64,000 nucleotides of DNA, from NCBI GenBank assembly GCA_045629645.1, contig JAZQRR010000034.1:10996-74995 (forward strand), given 5' to 3'. Shown here one piece after another: positions 47,634-57,534 of the stretch. Position numbers and translations under genes: made by a program. Source of the DNA: Candidatus Enterousia sp. GTDB lineage: Bacteria; Pseudomonadota; Alphaproteobacteria; Rs-D84. Under the pieces are notes generated by a model. It made no database searches and was not told the origin of the DNA. It was given only the letters and a program-made list of their open reading frames with translations. Within the stretch, counting starts at the first letter, position 1. Every line of letters begins with the position of its first letter.

Positions 47634-49154
47634 ATGTTTACAATAAAAGGCAAAACGTGTGATTGGGAACTGGTAATTGGTCTGGAAACACATATCGAAG
47701 TATTATCAAACGCAAAATTATTCAGTGGTGCATCTGCGGATTACAACCCCAGCATATCCCCAAACACCCAGGTTTCAATGGTTGACGTTGCAATGCCTGG
47801 GATGTTACCTGTTTTGAACAAATACTGCGTAGAACAAGCCATAAAAATGGGATTGGGACTGAATGCTGAAATTTCTCGTCGCAGCAAATTTGCACGTAAA
47901 CAATACTTTTACCCTGACCTGCCCCAGGGATACCAGATTTCACAACCTGCCGAAGAACCACCTGTTGTTGGTCGTGGCTGGGTTGAAATTATGGGGGATG
48001 ACGGCAAACCTAAAAAGATTTTAATTGAACGCGCCCACTTGGAACAAGATGCCGGCAAATTAAAACACGACGTACATCCAACAAAATCATTTGCAGATTA
48101 TAACCGCACAGGTGTGGCATTATTAGAAATCGTAACATTTTTGGATACAAAAAATCCTGAAAACAATTCTTATATTTCTTCCCCTGATGAAGCGGAAAAA
48201 TATCTGCGTGAAATTCGTGAAATCGCACGCGCACTTGGCGTATCACGCGCAAACATGGAAGAAGGCTCGATGCGCGCAGACGTAAACGTATCTGTACGTC
48301 CTGTGGGCAGCACCGAATTCCGCACACGTACAGAAACAAAAAATATGGTATCCTTTAAATTTATTAAAACAGCCATTGAATACGAAGCACGCCGTCAAAT
48401 TGAAATCTATGAAAACGGCGGCACTGTTTCCCAAGACACCATGCGCTATAACCAAGGCGAAGGCACAACATCTGTAATGCGTTCAAAAGAAGACGCGCTG
48501 GATTATCGTTACTTCCCAGACCCAGATTTATTACCACTGGAAATCAGCGAAGAACAAATCGAACACATTCGCGCCACAATGCCAGAATTACCATCTGCAA
48601 CACGCGCACGCTATACAGCAGAATTCGGGCTGTCTGAATATGACGCAGCACGTTTAACAGAAACAGTTGATATATCGCGTTGGTTTGACAGCGCAGTTAA
48701 CGGCGACAAAAAACGTGCAAAATCTGTTGCAAACTGGATGATAAGCGAACTGTTTGCGCACCCAGAAAACTGGGATGTAAAAAATGAAAAATCTGGCATT
48801 ATTGATGACATGCGCATCATCACACCATCTGATATATCAGAACTGGTTGACATGATTGGCGACAACACCATCAACGGCAAACAAGCAAAAGAAATATTTA
48901 TCAAAATGCTGGATGGCGAATCGGGTACACCACGCGAAATCGCAGATAAATTTGGCATGAAGCAGATGACAGATACCGGCGCAATCGAAGCCATTATTGA
49001 CGAAGTTATCGCATCAAACCCATCTCAGGTTGAACAATACAAATCTGGCAAGGTTGGATTACTAGGCTTCTTTGTTGGTAATATCATGAAAAAGACAGGT
49101 GGCACAGCCAACCCAGCGGTTGTAAACGAAATCCTGCGCAACAAATTAGCGTAA
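47634..49154 (+). CDS. gatB: Glutamyl/aspartyl-tRNA amidotransferase subunit B
   Basis: N-terminal WE-VIGLE-H-EL, plus the GatB core and a C-terminal YqeY-like domain. 506 aa. Confidence 0.9.
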   Translation: MFTIKGKTCDWELVIGLETHIEVLSNAKLFSGASADYNPSISPNTQVSMVDVAMPGMLPVLNKYCVEQAIKMGLGLNAEISRRSKFARKQYFYPDLPQGYQISQPAEEPPVVGRGWVEIMGDDGKPKKILIERAHLEQDAGKLKHDVHPTKSFADYNRTGVALLEIVTFLDTKNPENNSYISSPDEAEKYLREIREIARALGVSRANMEEGSMRADVNVSVRPVGSTEFRTRTETKNMVSFKFIKTAIEYEARRQIEIYENGGTVSQDTMRYNQGEGTTSVMRSKEDALDYRYFPDPDLLPLEISEEQIEHIRATMPELPSATRARYTAEFGLSEYDAARLTETVDISRWFDSAVNGDKKRAKSVANWMISELFAHPENWDVKNEKSGIIDDMRIITPSDISELVDMIGDNTINGKQAKEIFIKMLDGESGTPREIADKFGMKQMTDTGAIEAIIDEVIASNPSQVEQYKSGKVGLLGFFVGNIMKKTGGTANPAVVNEILRNKLA

Positions 49155-49173
49155 AAAGAAAAGGAGCAAACGC

Positions 49174-49308
49174 ATGAAGAAACACAATAAAACACACAGT
49201 ATCAATGTTGTTGACATCGTTGAAAACAACGTTATCACAGGGGTAAAATATGGCACACGTGAAATAACACTTTATGCAACGCAAAAAACATATCAAAAAA
49301 TACGTTAA
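49174..49308 (+). CDS. Small ORF (44 aa) with a strong RBS
   Basis: AAGGAG lies 7 nt upstream of ATG 49174. The product is MKKHNKTHSINVVDIVENNVITGVKYGTREITLYATQKTYQKIR. The ORF is below the threshold of the ORF track. Confidence 0.25.
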   Translation: MKKHNKTHSINVVDIVENNVITGVKYGTREITLYATQKTYQKIR

Positions 49309-49590
49309 ATAAATACGGGATATGTGTCTATGTCTAAAAAGTATTATATATATACACCAAACCTAGAATCGTTATTCGTCGATGTGCAAGTAATAATACG
49401 CGAAATACCCAATCAAGAGGCAAAAAACAAAATACAACTACAACAAGAAAGACATCGTCATAACTATCACATGCGCGCATTCAATACTGTGCAACAAAAC
49501 ATGTTACACAACATAACGAACCAACGAACAAAAAAGAAATAAGAAAAAGTACTCATGAAAAAATTCTTTATCCAAACCTTTGGTTGACAA

Positions 49591-50862
49591 ATGAATGTTT
49601 ACGACAGTTGGCGAATTGCTGCACTGTTAGAACATCGTGGTATGCAACGTACAGACAGCATACCAGATGCGGACATAATCATATTAAACACATGCGCTGT
49701 TCGTGCCAAGGCAACGGATAAAGTCTTTTCTGCACTGGGGCGCATCAGACGTGCAAAGAAACCATCAGCCTTGTTCGGCATTGTTGGATGCGTTGCACGC
49801 GAATCTGGATCTGACGCTTTTCGCAGAATACCTGATTTAAATTTTGTTCTGGGACCGCAAAGTTATCATAAATTACCAGACATACTGGACAATCCTGATG
49901 CAAAATTATTAAACATCGATTTAGGCGGCTTAGAAAAATTTGACGCCCTGCCCCAGATGGAAAAATCACCACGTGTCGCATACATTCCAATCCAAGAAGG
50001 ATGCAATCATTGCTGTACATACTGCATTGTGCCATACACACGCGGACGCGAATTATCACGCGACTTTGATGCATGTATGCGCGACACAATTCATGCTGCA
50101 AAAACAGGTGCAATTGAAATTTGCTTCTTGGGTCAAAACGTAAACGGATATAAATACACAGACAAAAATGGCAAAACATACCGCCTGTCTGACCTAATCC
50201 GAGAAACAGCAAAAATCCCAGAAATTATGCGCATACGCTTTACTTCCAGTTATCCAACCGAAATGACGGACGACCTGATTGATATGTTTGCCACAGAACC
50301 AAAATTATTACCATTTTTAAATATGCCAATCCAAAGTGGTTCACAAAATGTATTAACAAAAATGAATCGTCCATACACACTGGAATTATACACAGACATT
50401 ATTAGAAAATTACGAATCGCGCGTCCAGACATACAAATATCATCTGACTTCATCGTGGGCTTCCCAGGTGAAACCGATTCGGATTTTGAAGACACTATGC
50501 GTATTGCAGAACATGTAAAATATATAAATTCTTATTCGTTTAAATATTCTCCGCGTCCACACACCGCGGCGGCACTGATGCCTGATCAAATTCCAGAAAG
50601 CATCAAGTCTCAACGTCTGGCAAAACTGGACACGTATTTAAACGAAGTTCAACGTGAATTCAACCTCTGCTGCGTAGATACTGTTTTAACCTGCCTGCTA
50701 GAAGGTCCAGATAAAACAGGAACAAAATTGATATATCGTACACCATATATGCAACAATGCGTTGTAAACGCCCCAGAAAATACAGCGGCACCAGAATTAG
50801 CACAGATTAAAATTACTGCTGCTAACAAGGCATCTTTACGCGGGGAACTGGTACAAGATTAA
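49591..50862 (+). CDS. miaB: tRNA-2-methylthio-N6-dimethylallyladenosine synthase MiaB (5' end disrupted by an in-frame TGA)
   Basis: Radical-SAM CxxxCxxC (CNHCCTYC) and MTTase/TRAM domains. An ATG at 49555 opens MKKFFIQTFG-TGA-QMNVYDS, in the same frame as the ORF. Confidence 0.8.
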   Translation: MNVYDSWRIAALLEHRGMQRTDSIPDADIIILNTCAVRAKATDKVFSALGRIRRAKKPSALFGIVGCVARESGSDAFRRIPDLNFVLGPQSYHKLPDILDNPDAKLLNIDLGGLEKFDALPQMEKSPRVAYIPIQEGCNHCCTYCIVPYTRGRELSRDFDACMRDTIHAAKTGAIEICFLGQNVNGYKYTDKNGKTYRLSDLIRETAKIPEIMRIRFTSSYPTEMTDDLIDMFATEPKLLPFLNMPIQSGSQNVLTKMNRPYTLELYTDIIRKLRIARPDIQISSDFIVGFPGETDSDFEDTMRIAEHVKYINSYSFKYSPRPHTAAALMPDQIPESIKSQRLAKLDTYLNEVQREFNLCCVDTVLTCLLEGPDKTGTKLIYRTPYMQQCVVNAPENTAAPELAQIKITAANKASLRGELVQD

Positions 50863-52403
50863 AACATCAGTCTTAAATTTATCGACAACGCATAAGAAAT
50901 CGTATCTGATATCGATACCGCGGACAATGTTATATCTCCGCCAAGTGCATCTATATCCGACCATGCACCAACATGTGCAGATAACATAACATCCGAAAAA
51001 TCATTAACACTGATACGCGCATCATAATTATAACGCACGCCCAAAAATTCAAATGTGTAACCAAAATCCGTTCCCAGACGCATATACATATTAAAATCAG
51101 AAACAGTTGATAATTTATAATAATCAGCTACCACACCAAGATAAGGCGTCAAATAAAACGAATCGGACAAATCAAACTTATATCCAAAATCAGTCAACAC
51201 ATATCCAGATAATACACTGGGTTCAGAAATAATTTTATTATTATAAAAGACCATATTAACATCAAAATCTGACTTGGCAGCCATAATATCAGTACGAACA
51301 AACGCATTATCATAAAATTTATATTTCAGATTTAAATCAAGTCCATACATCAACCCGCCAAAATCATCCAAATCAGACCCATATTCAATTTTTCCAAAAC
51401 GTGCACCAACACCGACAAGAAAATCATCTGATATATTATTGACGTACTTTAAATTCAATCCGTACATAAAAAAATCTTCTGACATAACACCAAACAAATC
51501 AGCACCCGAACCCCCGACCAAAAAATCATATTTCAACATATCAAACGCATACAATGTTTGTACAGGCTGCAACAAAACATCTGAATTAAATCGTACAGAA
51601 CGAGACATAATATTATTTAATTCGTTCATATCCATCGCATTATCCAGATATAAAAATAATTTTTCACCACCACCATAGATACGCAAATTATTCAAGAAAT
51701 CGCCACAATCTGCACCGTCAAAGACAACCGCATAATCCGTTTCACGCACACGTTTTATTGACAAGCGTCCATTATCTATCTGTCCTGCAACAGAAAACAT
51801 CGGATCAGAATTATTTTCTTCAAACCTTACCGACCAACCGCCTGAAACATTATCCAGCAAAACATCATTTTGAAAATCTGTGGCATCATCAATCAGAAAA
51901 ATCACATTATCCCCAATATCGACTAACACAGACCTGTTATCCGGTACAGAATCAATATTTATCTTTGTGTTTTCAATAAAAACACGTTTGGCATCACCGG
52001 ACACACTAATCAAATCAGACAAAGTTAAAACGTCATCACTATCGACCAAAACAGTATAAGGTTCTGTTGTTCCAATATCATTTAAATCTTGTTGACCAAA
52101 GACAACCTGATACAGATTAACATCTTGGCCCAAAATAAAATTTGAATCTATAACACCTGAATTTTGCACATAAACTTCACATCTGTCACACACATGAATA
52201 TTTGTTCTTATCAAACCACTATTCTGCACGAACATAGACTGGGCCAGATATAAATCTGTTGGTGCGACAGTAATATCCTTTTCAACAAAAAAATCATTAT
52301 AAAATGTTTTCTGACTGCCCCAAATATCATTACTAACAACTGATGCGTCCACAGACATTGTTATAAATAAGCACAAAACAAAAGCAAGCAACCTGTTCAA
52401 CAT
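50859..52403 (-). CDS. Autotransporter-like outer-membrane beta-barrel protein
   Basis: Signal peptide. The C-terminal ~270 aa is alternating aromatic/hydrophobic beta-strand sequence ending ...SINLRLMF (terminal Phe). Confidence 0.5.
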   Translation of the reverse strand: MLNRLLAFVLCLFITMSVDASVVSNDIWGSQKTFYNDFFVEKDITVAPTDLYLAQSMFVQNSGLIRTNIHVCDRCEVYVQNSGVIDSNFILGQDVNLYQVVFGQQDLNDIGTTEPYTVLVDSDDVLTLSDLISVSGDAKRVFIENTKINIDSVPDNRSVLVDIGDNVIFLIDDATDFQNDVLLDNVSGGWSVRFEENNSDPMFSVAGQIDNGRLSIKRVRETDYAVVFDGADCGDFLNNLRIYGGGEKLFLYLDNAMDMNELNNIMSRSVRFNSDVLLQPVQTLYAFDMLKYDFLVGGSGADLFGVMSEDFFMYGLNLKYVNNISDDFLVGVGARFGKIEYGSDLDDFGGLMYGLDLNLKYKFYDNAFVRTDIMAAKSDFDVNMVFYNNKIISEPSVLSGYVLTDFGYKFDLSDSFYLTPYLGVVADYYKLSTVSDFNMYMRLGTDFGYTFEFLGVRYNYDARISVNDFSDVMLSAHVGAWSDIDALGGDITLSAVSISDTISYALSINLRLMF

Positions 52404-52490
52404 ACAGGCATATTAACAAACTAAGAAAATAATCACAAAGAAAAAAACACCCTGATAAACAGAGTGTTTTTCAGCACACAATAAGCAAAA

Positions 52491-53042
52491 TTATTTTCCT
52501 AATTTACCCCAACCTGCCTTATATCCACCGTCACGTTCCAAATAGATATTTGCACCATTGATTTGGGCGGCTTTTAAACCTTTGATTATATAAGTTTGTT
52601 TCAATCGTCCGCTAATACCAGTTTCTAACATTGGCAATTTAACATCCATCATATGTGATTTTGTGCAACATTTTGCATCATTATTGCATGACTGGCATTG
52701 ATACAAACGCATTGTATAAGGAACCCCTGCACGCAAATCTTTCAAATCAACTTCCATTTTCAAACCACCGTCTGTTTCACGAAATTTGATATGTCCCATT
52801 TTTGATTCGCCACCATGGCTGCTATGAGTGTACATTTTTGCATACAAATGATTAATATCTGCATCTTCGTATGCCTGATAAACAACAATCATATCAGATT
52901 CTACCATTTCTACTGGTTGTGGATAGTTTGCTTTGTGCATATTATGATGTTTTTTTGCAGGACATCCATTACATCCCGCCAACAAAACAACAGCCCCAAA
53001 CACCGAGGCAACCATCACCATTTTTTTTGCTAAGTTTTTCAT
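52491..53042 (-). CDS. Hypothetical Cys-rich lipoprotein
   Basis: Lipobox LLAGC; CNGCP and CQSCNNDAKCC motifs. 183 aa. Confidence 0.4.
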   Translation of the reverse strand: MKNLAKKMVMVASVFGAVVLLAGCNGCPAKKHHNMHKANYPQPVEMVESDMIVVYQAYEDADINHLYAKMYTHSSHGGESKMGHIKFRETDGGLKMEVDLKDLRAGVPYTMRLYQCQSCNNDAKCCTKSHMMDVKLPMLETGISGRLKQTYIIKGLKAAQINGANIYLERDGGYKAGWGKLGK

Positions 53043-53230
53043 ATTTTGTTCTCCTTTTTTTCTTGGTTACGTATCAAAATTGTATAACATATTTACTTTG
53101 TTTTCCCTAGGTTTGATTCCCTAAAAAAAACCAGTTTTCTTACGTATAGACACGATTGACACCGTTCCTATACAACTATTTTTTTTATTTGATAAAATCA
53201 TAAAACTAACCATAAAACAGAGGAGAAAAA

Positions 53231-53587
53231 ATGTACGAATTATTACAACATTTAATTGCATTTAAATATGCATGCAAAATAAAACATTGGTCCACAGACA
53301 ATTATGCACACCATTTATTGTTTGACCGACTAACCGAAGACATTGATACATGGGTTGACAATATCGCCGAATCATATTTCATGGCCAACAGCAACAAAAC
53401 TGTTTTCAAAGCAAACTTATTAAATCCAAAATTAATAGATTCAGATTTGATACATATGTGCGAAACAATTATATCTGCACTAGAAGAAATACAAATGTCC
53501 GACGAAACAAACGAAGGCATTAAATCATTACTAAGTGCAATTGAACAAGAATTTTTAAACAAAATCGCACTGGCAAAATTAATTTAA
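53231..53587 (+). CDS. Hypothetical protein
   Basis: 118-aa ORF preceded by GAGGAG 8 nt upstream. Terminator hairpins follow. Confidence 0.4.
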   Translation: MYELLQHLIAFKYACKIKHWSTDNYAHHLLFDRLTEDIDTWVDNIAESYFMANSNKTVFKANLLNPKLIDSDLIHMCETIISALEEIQMSDETNEGIKSLLSAIEQEFLNKIALAKLI

Positions 53588-53678
53588 CAATCCCCAGAAT
53601 ACTGGGGATTATTTTTTTTTACAACGACATAAACAAACACCCCGTAATAACGGGGTATTTATATGTTCAGGGGACCTT

Positions 53679-54293
53679 TTAGAACATAAATCTGATACCA
53701 ACATCACCACCAAAGTTATGCATACCAGAATTGATATCCACATATGTATAACGCGCGGCCAAATCAACTGCAAAGCGTTCCATATCAAACGTTACCCCCA
53801 TTGTTCCCATTGCTGCAACACGGGTTCTGTCACTGCTGTGAGTACCAATCAAGTCGCCACTATGTTTTACATCTGTGAACGCCATACCTACGCCCAAACC
53901 TGCAAACGGTCTGACAATTTTATATGAACCAAATTCCATATAGTTATTCCACAACAAAGTCTGCATTTTTGCTTTTACAGATATATCACCTGCAACACCA
54001 AAATTTCTTTGATCAGATGTTTTGCCAAAATAAGTCCATTCAATTTCAGAACGTACTGTATCACAAACTTCCAAACCTAATGCTGCACGACCCTGGAAAA
54101 TAAAATCAGTAATAGATTCTTTGTTACCATCATATTTATAATTTAAATTAGAATAACTCATACCACCGCGCACACCGACATAACCATCCATACCCCACAA
54201 TTGCCAAGAACTGCCCTGATTTGGATGATTGATTCCTGCAAACGCTGGGCACGCCATCAGCACAGCCAGTGTTGATATTGCTAACTTTTTCAT
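53679..54293 (-). CDS. Small outer-membrane beta-barrel protein (OmpA/OmpW-like)
   Basis: Signal peptide MKKLAISTLAVLMACPAFA. Amphipathic beta strands and a C-terminal ...VGIRFMF. Confidence 0.55.
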   Translation of the reverse strand: MKKLAISTLAVLMACPAFAGINHPNQGSSWQLWGMDGYVGVRGGMSYSNLNYKYDGNKESITDFIFQGRAALGLEVCDTVRSEIEWTYFGKTSDQRNFGVAGDISVKAKMQTLLWNNYMEFGSYKIVRPFAGLGVGMAFTDVKHSGDLIGTHSSDRTRVAAMGTMGVTFDMERFAVDLAARYTYVDINSGMHNFGGDVGIRFMF

Positions 54294-54445
54294 TTTTTCT
54301 CCTTTTTTTAAGTTTTTTTTGAATAAAAGTTTCATGTCAACACTATGATTTTATCAGCACTTTATTAATATTTACATAGGTATGATTGCCTGAGAATCCT
54401 ATCACAACAAACAAAAAAAGGCTACCAAAGTAACCTTTTTATTCG

Positions 54446-54521
54446 TGGTGGACGCGCAGGGACTCGAACCCTGGACCCACTGATTAAGAGTCAGTTGCTC
54501 TACCAACTGAGCTACGCATCC
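54446..54521 (-). tRNA. tRNA-Lys (CUU)
   Basis: The reverse complement GGATGCGTAGCTCAGTTGGTAGAGCAACTGACTCTTAATCAGTGGGTCCAGGGTTCGAGTCCCTGCGCGTCCACCA folds as a cloverleaf. The anticodon loop is CTCTTAA and CCA is encoded. Confidence 0.75.
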
Positions 54522-54594
54522 CTAAACCAATTTTTCAAGACTGGGCTAATTATAGACATTTTTACACAAAAAGCAAGTTTTTATAACATATTTT

Positions 54595-55893
54595 CTATTT
54601 TTTTAAATAACTTGATGGATTATAAGCCTTGGTTCCTTTGCGTATTTCAAAATGCAACTGTGGTTCATCTACCTTGCCCGTCTTGCCAACAGCGCCTATT
54701 TTCTGCCCAACACTAACACGATTTCCACGTTTTACATTCATAGAATCCATATGCGCATAAACCGTCATCCATCCTGCATCATGTTGAATAATAATCAGAT
54801 TTCCCATTCCTTTTACTTCATTACCAGCATATGCGACAACACCATTTTCTGCAGCTTTGACCGGCGTACCAAGTGCCGCACCAATATTAATACCATCATT
54901 AAACAATCCACTGGCCTTGGCACCGTATCCAGATAAAACTTTACCCTGAACTGGCCACGAAAACTTAGAAGAAGAACGTGCACTTATTGACGGTAATTTC
55001 TTTGACGGATCAGACGAAATTTTTTCTGGCTGTTTCACATTATTTTCCACCTGTCCACCTGATTTTTTGTTCTGCGCAACAGTTGTCTTTTTATCTATTG
55101 CTGTTTCCGAAACAGTCTGTTTTTGCGCAATCGGTGCATCCGATAAATCAGGCACACGCAACGTCTGCCCAACAGACAAAGTAAACGGTGCACTTAAATT
55201 ATTCATAACCGCCAAATCATTAACTGGCACAGAATATTTACGTGACAAAGAATACAAAGTATCACCATTTGCAACCGTTACTTCCTTGACATCTACACGT
55301 GTAACAGTTTGTTTTTCTGGTACCTTTTTTACAGATACAGTTGGCACAATTTCGGTTTCTGCATTTTCCGTCTGCTGCGAGACATATAAATTTTGTCCAA
55401 CCGATAATACATACGGTTCAACCAAATTATTCCACTTTACCAAATCGTCAACAGAACACTTGTAACGCTTTGACAAACTGTACAACGTATCACCAGCTTG
55501 AACAACAACCCCTGTTTTTTCTGTTGTTTTTTCATATTTTGGTACCACTAAATAATCATCTGTATTTTTTACACCTGATGGTTCTGTGCCATAAAATTCC
55601 CCAACCTTGGAATCAGACGATTGTGGTGGCACGATATAATCATTTACACTGGCATATGTAACATAATCCGTATCCACAGCAGTTCCATACAATTCTGGCG
55701 AAGCATACACCCCATAGTCTGTCGCCGCAGAATTATAAATTTCAGGATTAGTATTTGGATCCGCCAACAACGCAGGATAACGTTGGGAAATAAAATCACC
55801 AACCGAATCGGGCAAAGAGATAATTTTGGGTTGCAAATCACACGCCCCCAGCGTCACAGCCCCTCCTAAAATAGCAAAATAGATTTTTTTCAT
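54595..55893 (-). CDS. LysM-domain M23 peptidase (NlpD-like murein hydrolase activator)
   Basis: Two LysM repeats (GDTLYSLS...) and a C-terminal M23 domain (HMDSMNVKRGNRVSVGQKIGAVGKTG...LHFEIR). Confidence 0.8.
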   Translation of the reverse strand: MKKIYFAILGGAVTLGACDLQPKIISLPDSVGDFISQRYPALLADPNTNPEIYNSAATDYGVYASPELYGTAVDTDYVTYASVNDYIVPPQSSDSKVGEFYGTEPSGVKNTDDYLVVPKYEKTTEKTGVVVQAGDTLYSLSKRYKCSVDDLVKWNNLVEPYVLSVGQNLYVSQQTENAETEIVPTVSVKKVPEKQTVTRVDVKEVTVANGDTLYSLSRKYSVPVNDLAVMNNLSAPFTLSVGQTLRVPDLSDAPIAQKQTVSETAIDKKTTVAQNKKSGGQVENNVKQPEKISSDPSKKLPSISARSSSKFSWPVQGKVLSGYGAKASGLFNDGINIGAALGTPVKAAENGVVAYAGNEVKGMGNLIIIQHDAGWMTVYAHMDSMNVKRGNRVSVGQKIGAVGKTGKVDEPQLHFEIRKGTKAYNPSSYLKK

Positions 55894-55913
55894 ATGCAGA
55901 TTATATCATAAAA

Positions 55914-56621
55914 TCAATCGCGACGCATAAATAAAATACTGATTTCAAACAACGCCCACATTGGCAACGCTAACAGTATTTGCGAAACAACATCTGGCGG
56001 CGTTAAAACAGCCGCAACAACCACAATTAAAACAACCGCGTATCTGCGCATTTTTACAACGCGAGAACGTGCCAACACACCGATTCGATTTAACAAAACC
56101 AAAATCAAAGGCATCTGAAAAGCAACGCCAAAAACCTGTAACAACCCCAACGCAAAACTCAAATAATCGCGTGCAACTGGCAACAATGTACTGGGCACAG
56201 GTGTTGACATATTTAATTCTATAAAAAATTTAAATACAGTCGGAAACAAGAAATAAAAGGCAAACCCTGCCCCCAACACAAATAATACCGGCGACAAAAA
56301 TAAAATCGGCCAAATAAAACCGCGCTCATTCTTCTTTAATCCTGGTTCAACAAACGCCCACACGTGCCACAACAGCACAGGCATAACAAATACCAGCGCG
56401 AACAGCGCAGACAAAGACAATCTTATCATCAATCCATCTGTTAAACCTGTATATAACAACATTCCATCGCCCCACACCTGCAGCAACGGCAAAGTCAGTC
56501 CCACCTGCATATACGGCGCCACATACCAACCACAAACAAACAACACCAAAAATATCAGTGCACACCACAATATACGACGACGTAATTCAGAAAAATGCTG
56601 TAACAAAGTCATATTTTTCAT
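55914..56621 (-). CDS. tatC: Twin-arginine translocase subunit TatC
   Basis: 235 aa with six TMs and the N-terminal LQHFSELRRRIL TatC motif. Confidence 0.85.
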   Translation of the reverse strand: MKNMTLLQHFSELRRRILWCALIFLVLFVCGWYVAPYMQVGLTLPLLQVWGDGMLLYTGLTDGLMIRLSLSALFALVFVMPVLLWHVWAFVEPGLKKNERGFIWPILFLSPVLFVLGAGFAFYFLFPTVFKFFIELNMSTPVPSTLLPVARDYLSFALGLLQVFGVAFQMPLILVLLNRIGVLARSRVVKMRRYAVVLIVVVAAVLTPPDVVSQILLALPMWALFEISILFMRRD

Positions 56622-56914
56622 ACATTTTCCTTTGTCTTTCGTGACGTTTTCTTAGGTTTTCTTTTTGGCAAAACATCGGAAAAATGTTCCAAGACTTCAT
56701 CTGTTGTTGTTCGTATTAAATCATCAATAGGTTGTTCTTGTTCAATCTGTTGTTTAATATTTTCTGACACATCAGTTACCTTCCAAACGATACTGCGTAC
56801 TGCGTTTACCAAACGTGCCAAAAAACTTGCAACATCTGGCCACATACGCGCAGGAATTACCAACACGGCAACTAATAAAATCACAAAAAGTTCTGCCCAA
56901 CTAATTCCAAACAT
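56618..56914 (-). CDS. tatB: Twin-arginine translocase subunit TatB (TatA/B family)
   Basis: MFGISWAELFVILLVAVLVI TM followed by an amphipathic helix. Overlaps tatC by 4 bp. Confidence 0.7.
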   Translation of the reverse strand: MFGISWAELFVILLVAVLVIPARMWPDVASFLARLVNAVRSIVWKVTDVSENIKQQIEQEQPIDDLIRTTTDEVLEHFSDVLPKRKPKKTSRKTKENV

Positions 56915-56919
56915 TTTTA

Positions 56920-57534
56920 TTAATCATAGAAATCATCACCACCACTGGTTGATACAGTCTTGTGTCGTTGTATTTGAAAGTAATCCTTGCCAAACTTTGT
57001 TTTTTCTTTTAAATCACGAAACACAACATCTGTTACCGCCCCTGTTGCATCAACAACAGTCCAAGAATTTAATTTCACAGGACTTTTATCAAACACAACT
57101 GTCATATTTCCCAAACCTTCTTGACCACGCAGATTCATTTTCAAAGAAAAAGAATTATCATAATTTTTTGTTTCAACAATATTTATATCTGCATTTTTTA
57201 AATCAATATTTTTTCTTATTAAAATTCCTGCTGGTGTACTGGTCAATGGAACAGTTGTAATTTGATCCAAAGATTTATCAAAGAAGTACAAATCATTACC
57301 ATCAGAAATTAATTGCACAGGCATATTATCATAATCCAAACGAACACGACCTGGGCGCAACATAGAAAAATGCCCCTGTTGTTTATTTCCATTTGCATTT
57401 TGCACAAAAATTCCATCCAAGCCCGTAATTGAATTCAAATATTTTTCTGCTTGAACGACTAAATTATTATCAATCGCCGCATACGACACGCCACAAAAAA
57501 GCATCATCCCCAACACAATCAAACACCTTCTCAT
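56920..57534 (-). CDS. lolA: Outer-membrane lipoprotein carrier LolA-like protein
   Basis: Signal peptide. The G-F-Q...RPGRVRLDY...ISDGNDLYFFDKSLDQIT pattern resembles LolA. Confidence 0.55.
   Translation of the reverse strand: MRRCLIVLGMMLFCGVSYAAIDNNLVVQAEKYLNSITGLDGIFVQNANGNKQQGHFSMLRPGRVRLDYDNMPVQLISDGNDLYFFDKSLDQITTVPLTSTPAGILIRKNIDLKNADINIVETKNYDNSFSLKMNLRGQEGLGNMTVVFDKSPVKLNSWTVVDATGAVTDVVFRDLKEKTKFGKDYFQIQRHKTVSTSGGDDFYD

Noticed and set aside
49585-49587. Considered a genome-wide TGA=Trp/Gly recoding (code 4/25) to explain the in-frame TGA in miaB.
   Set aside because: All other genes in the window are intact under the standard code, with Trp encoded by TGG. Under code 4 the ORF track would not have fragmented them, but the Trp positions in conserved proteins (e.g. 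TolB WSPDG) use TGG, and no other conserved position is occupied by TGA.
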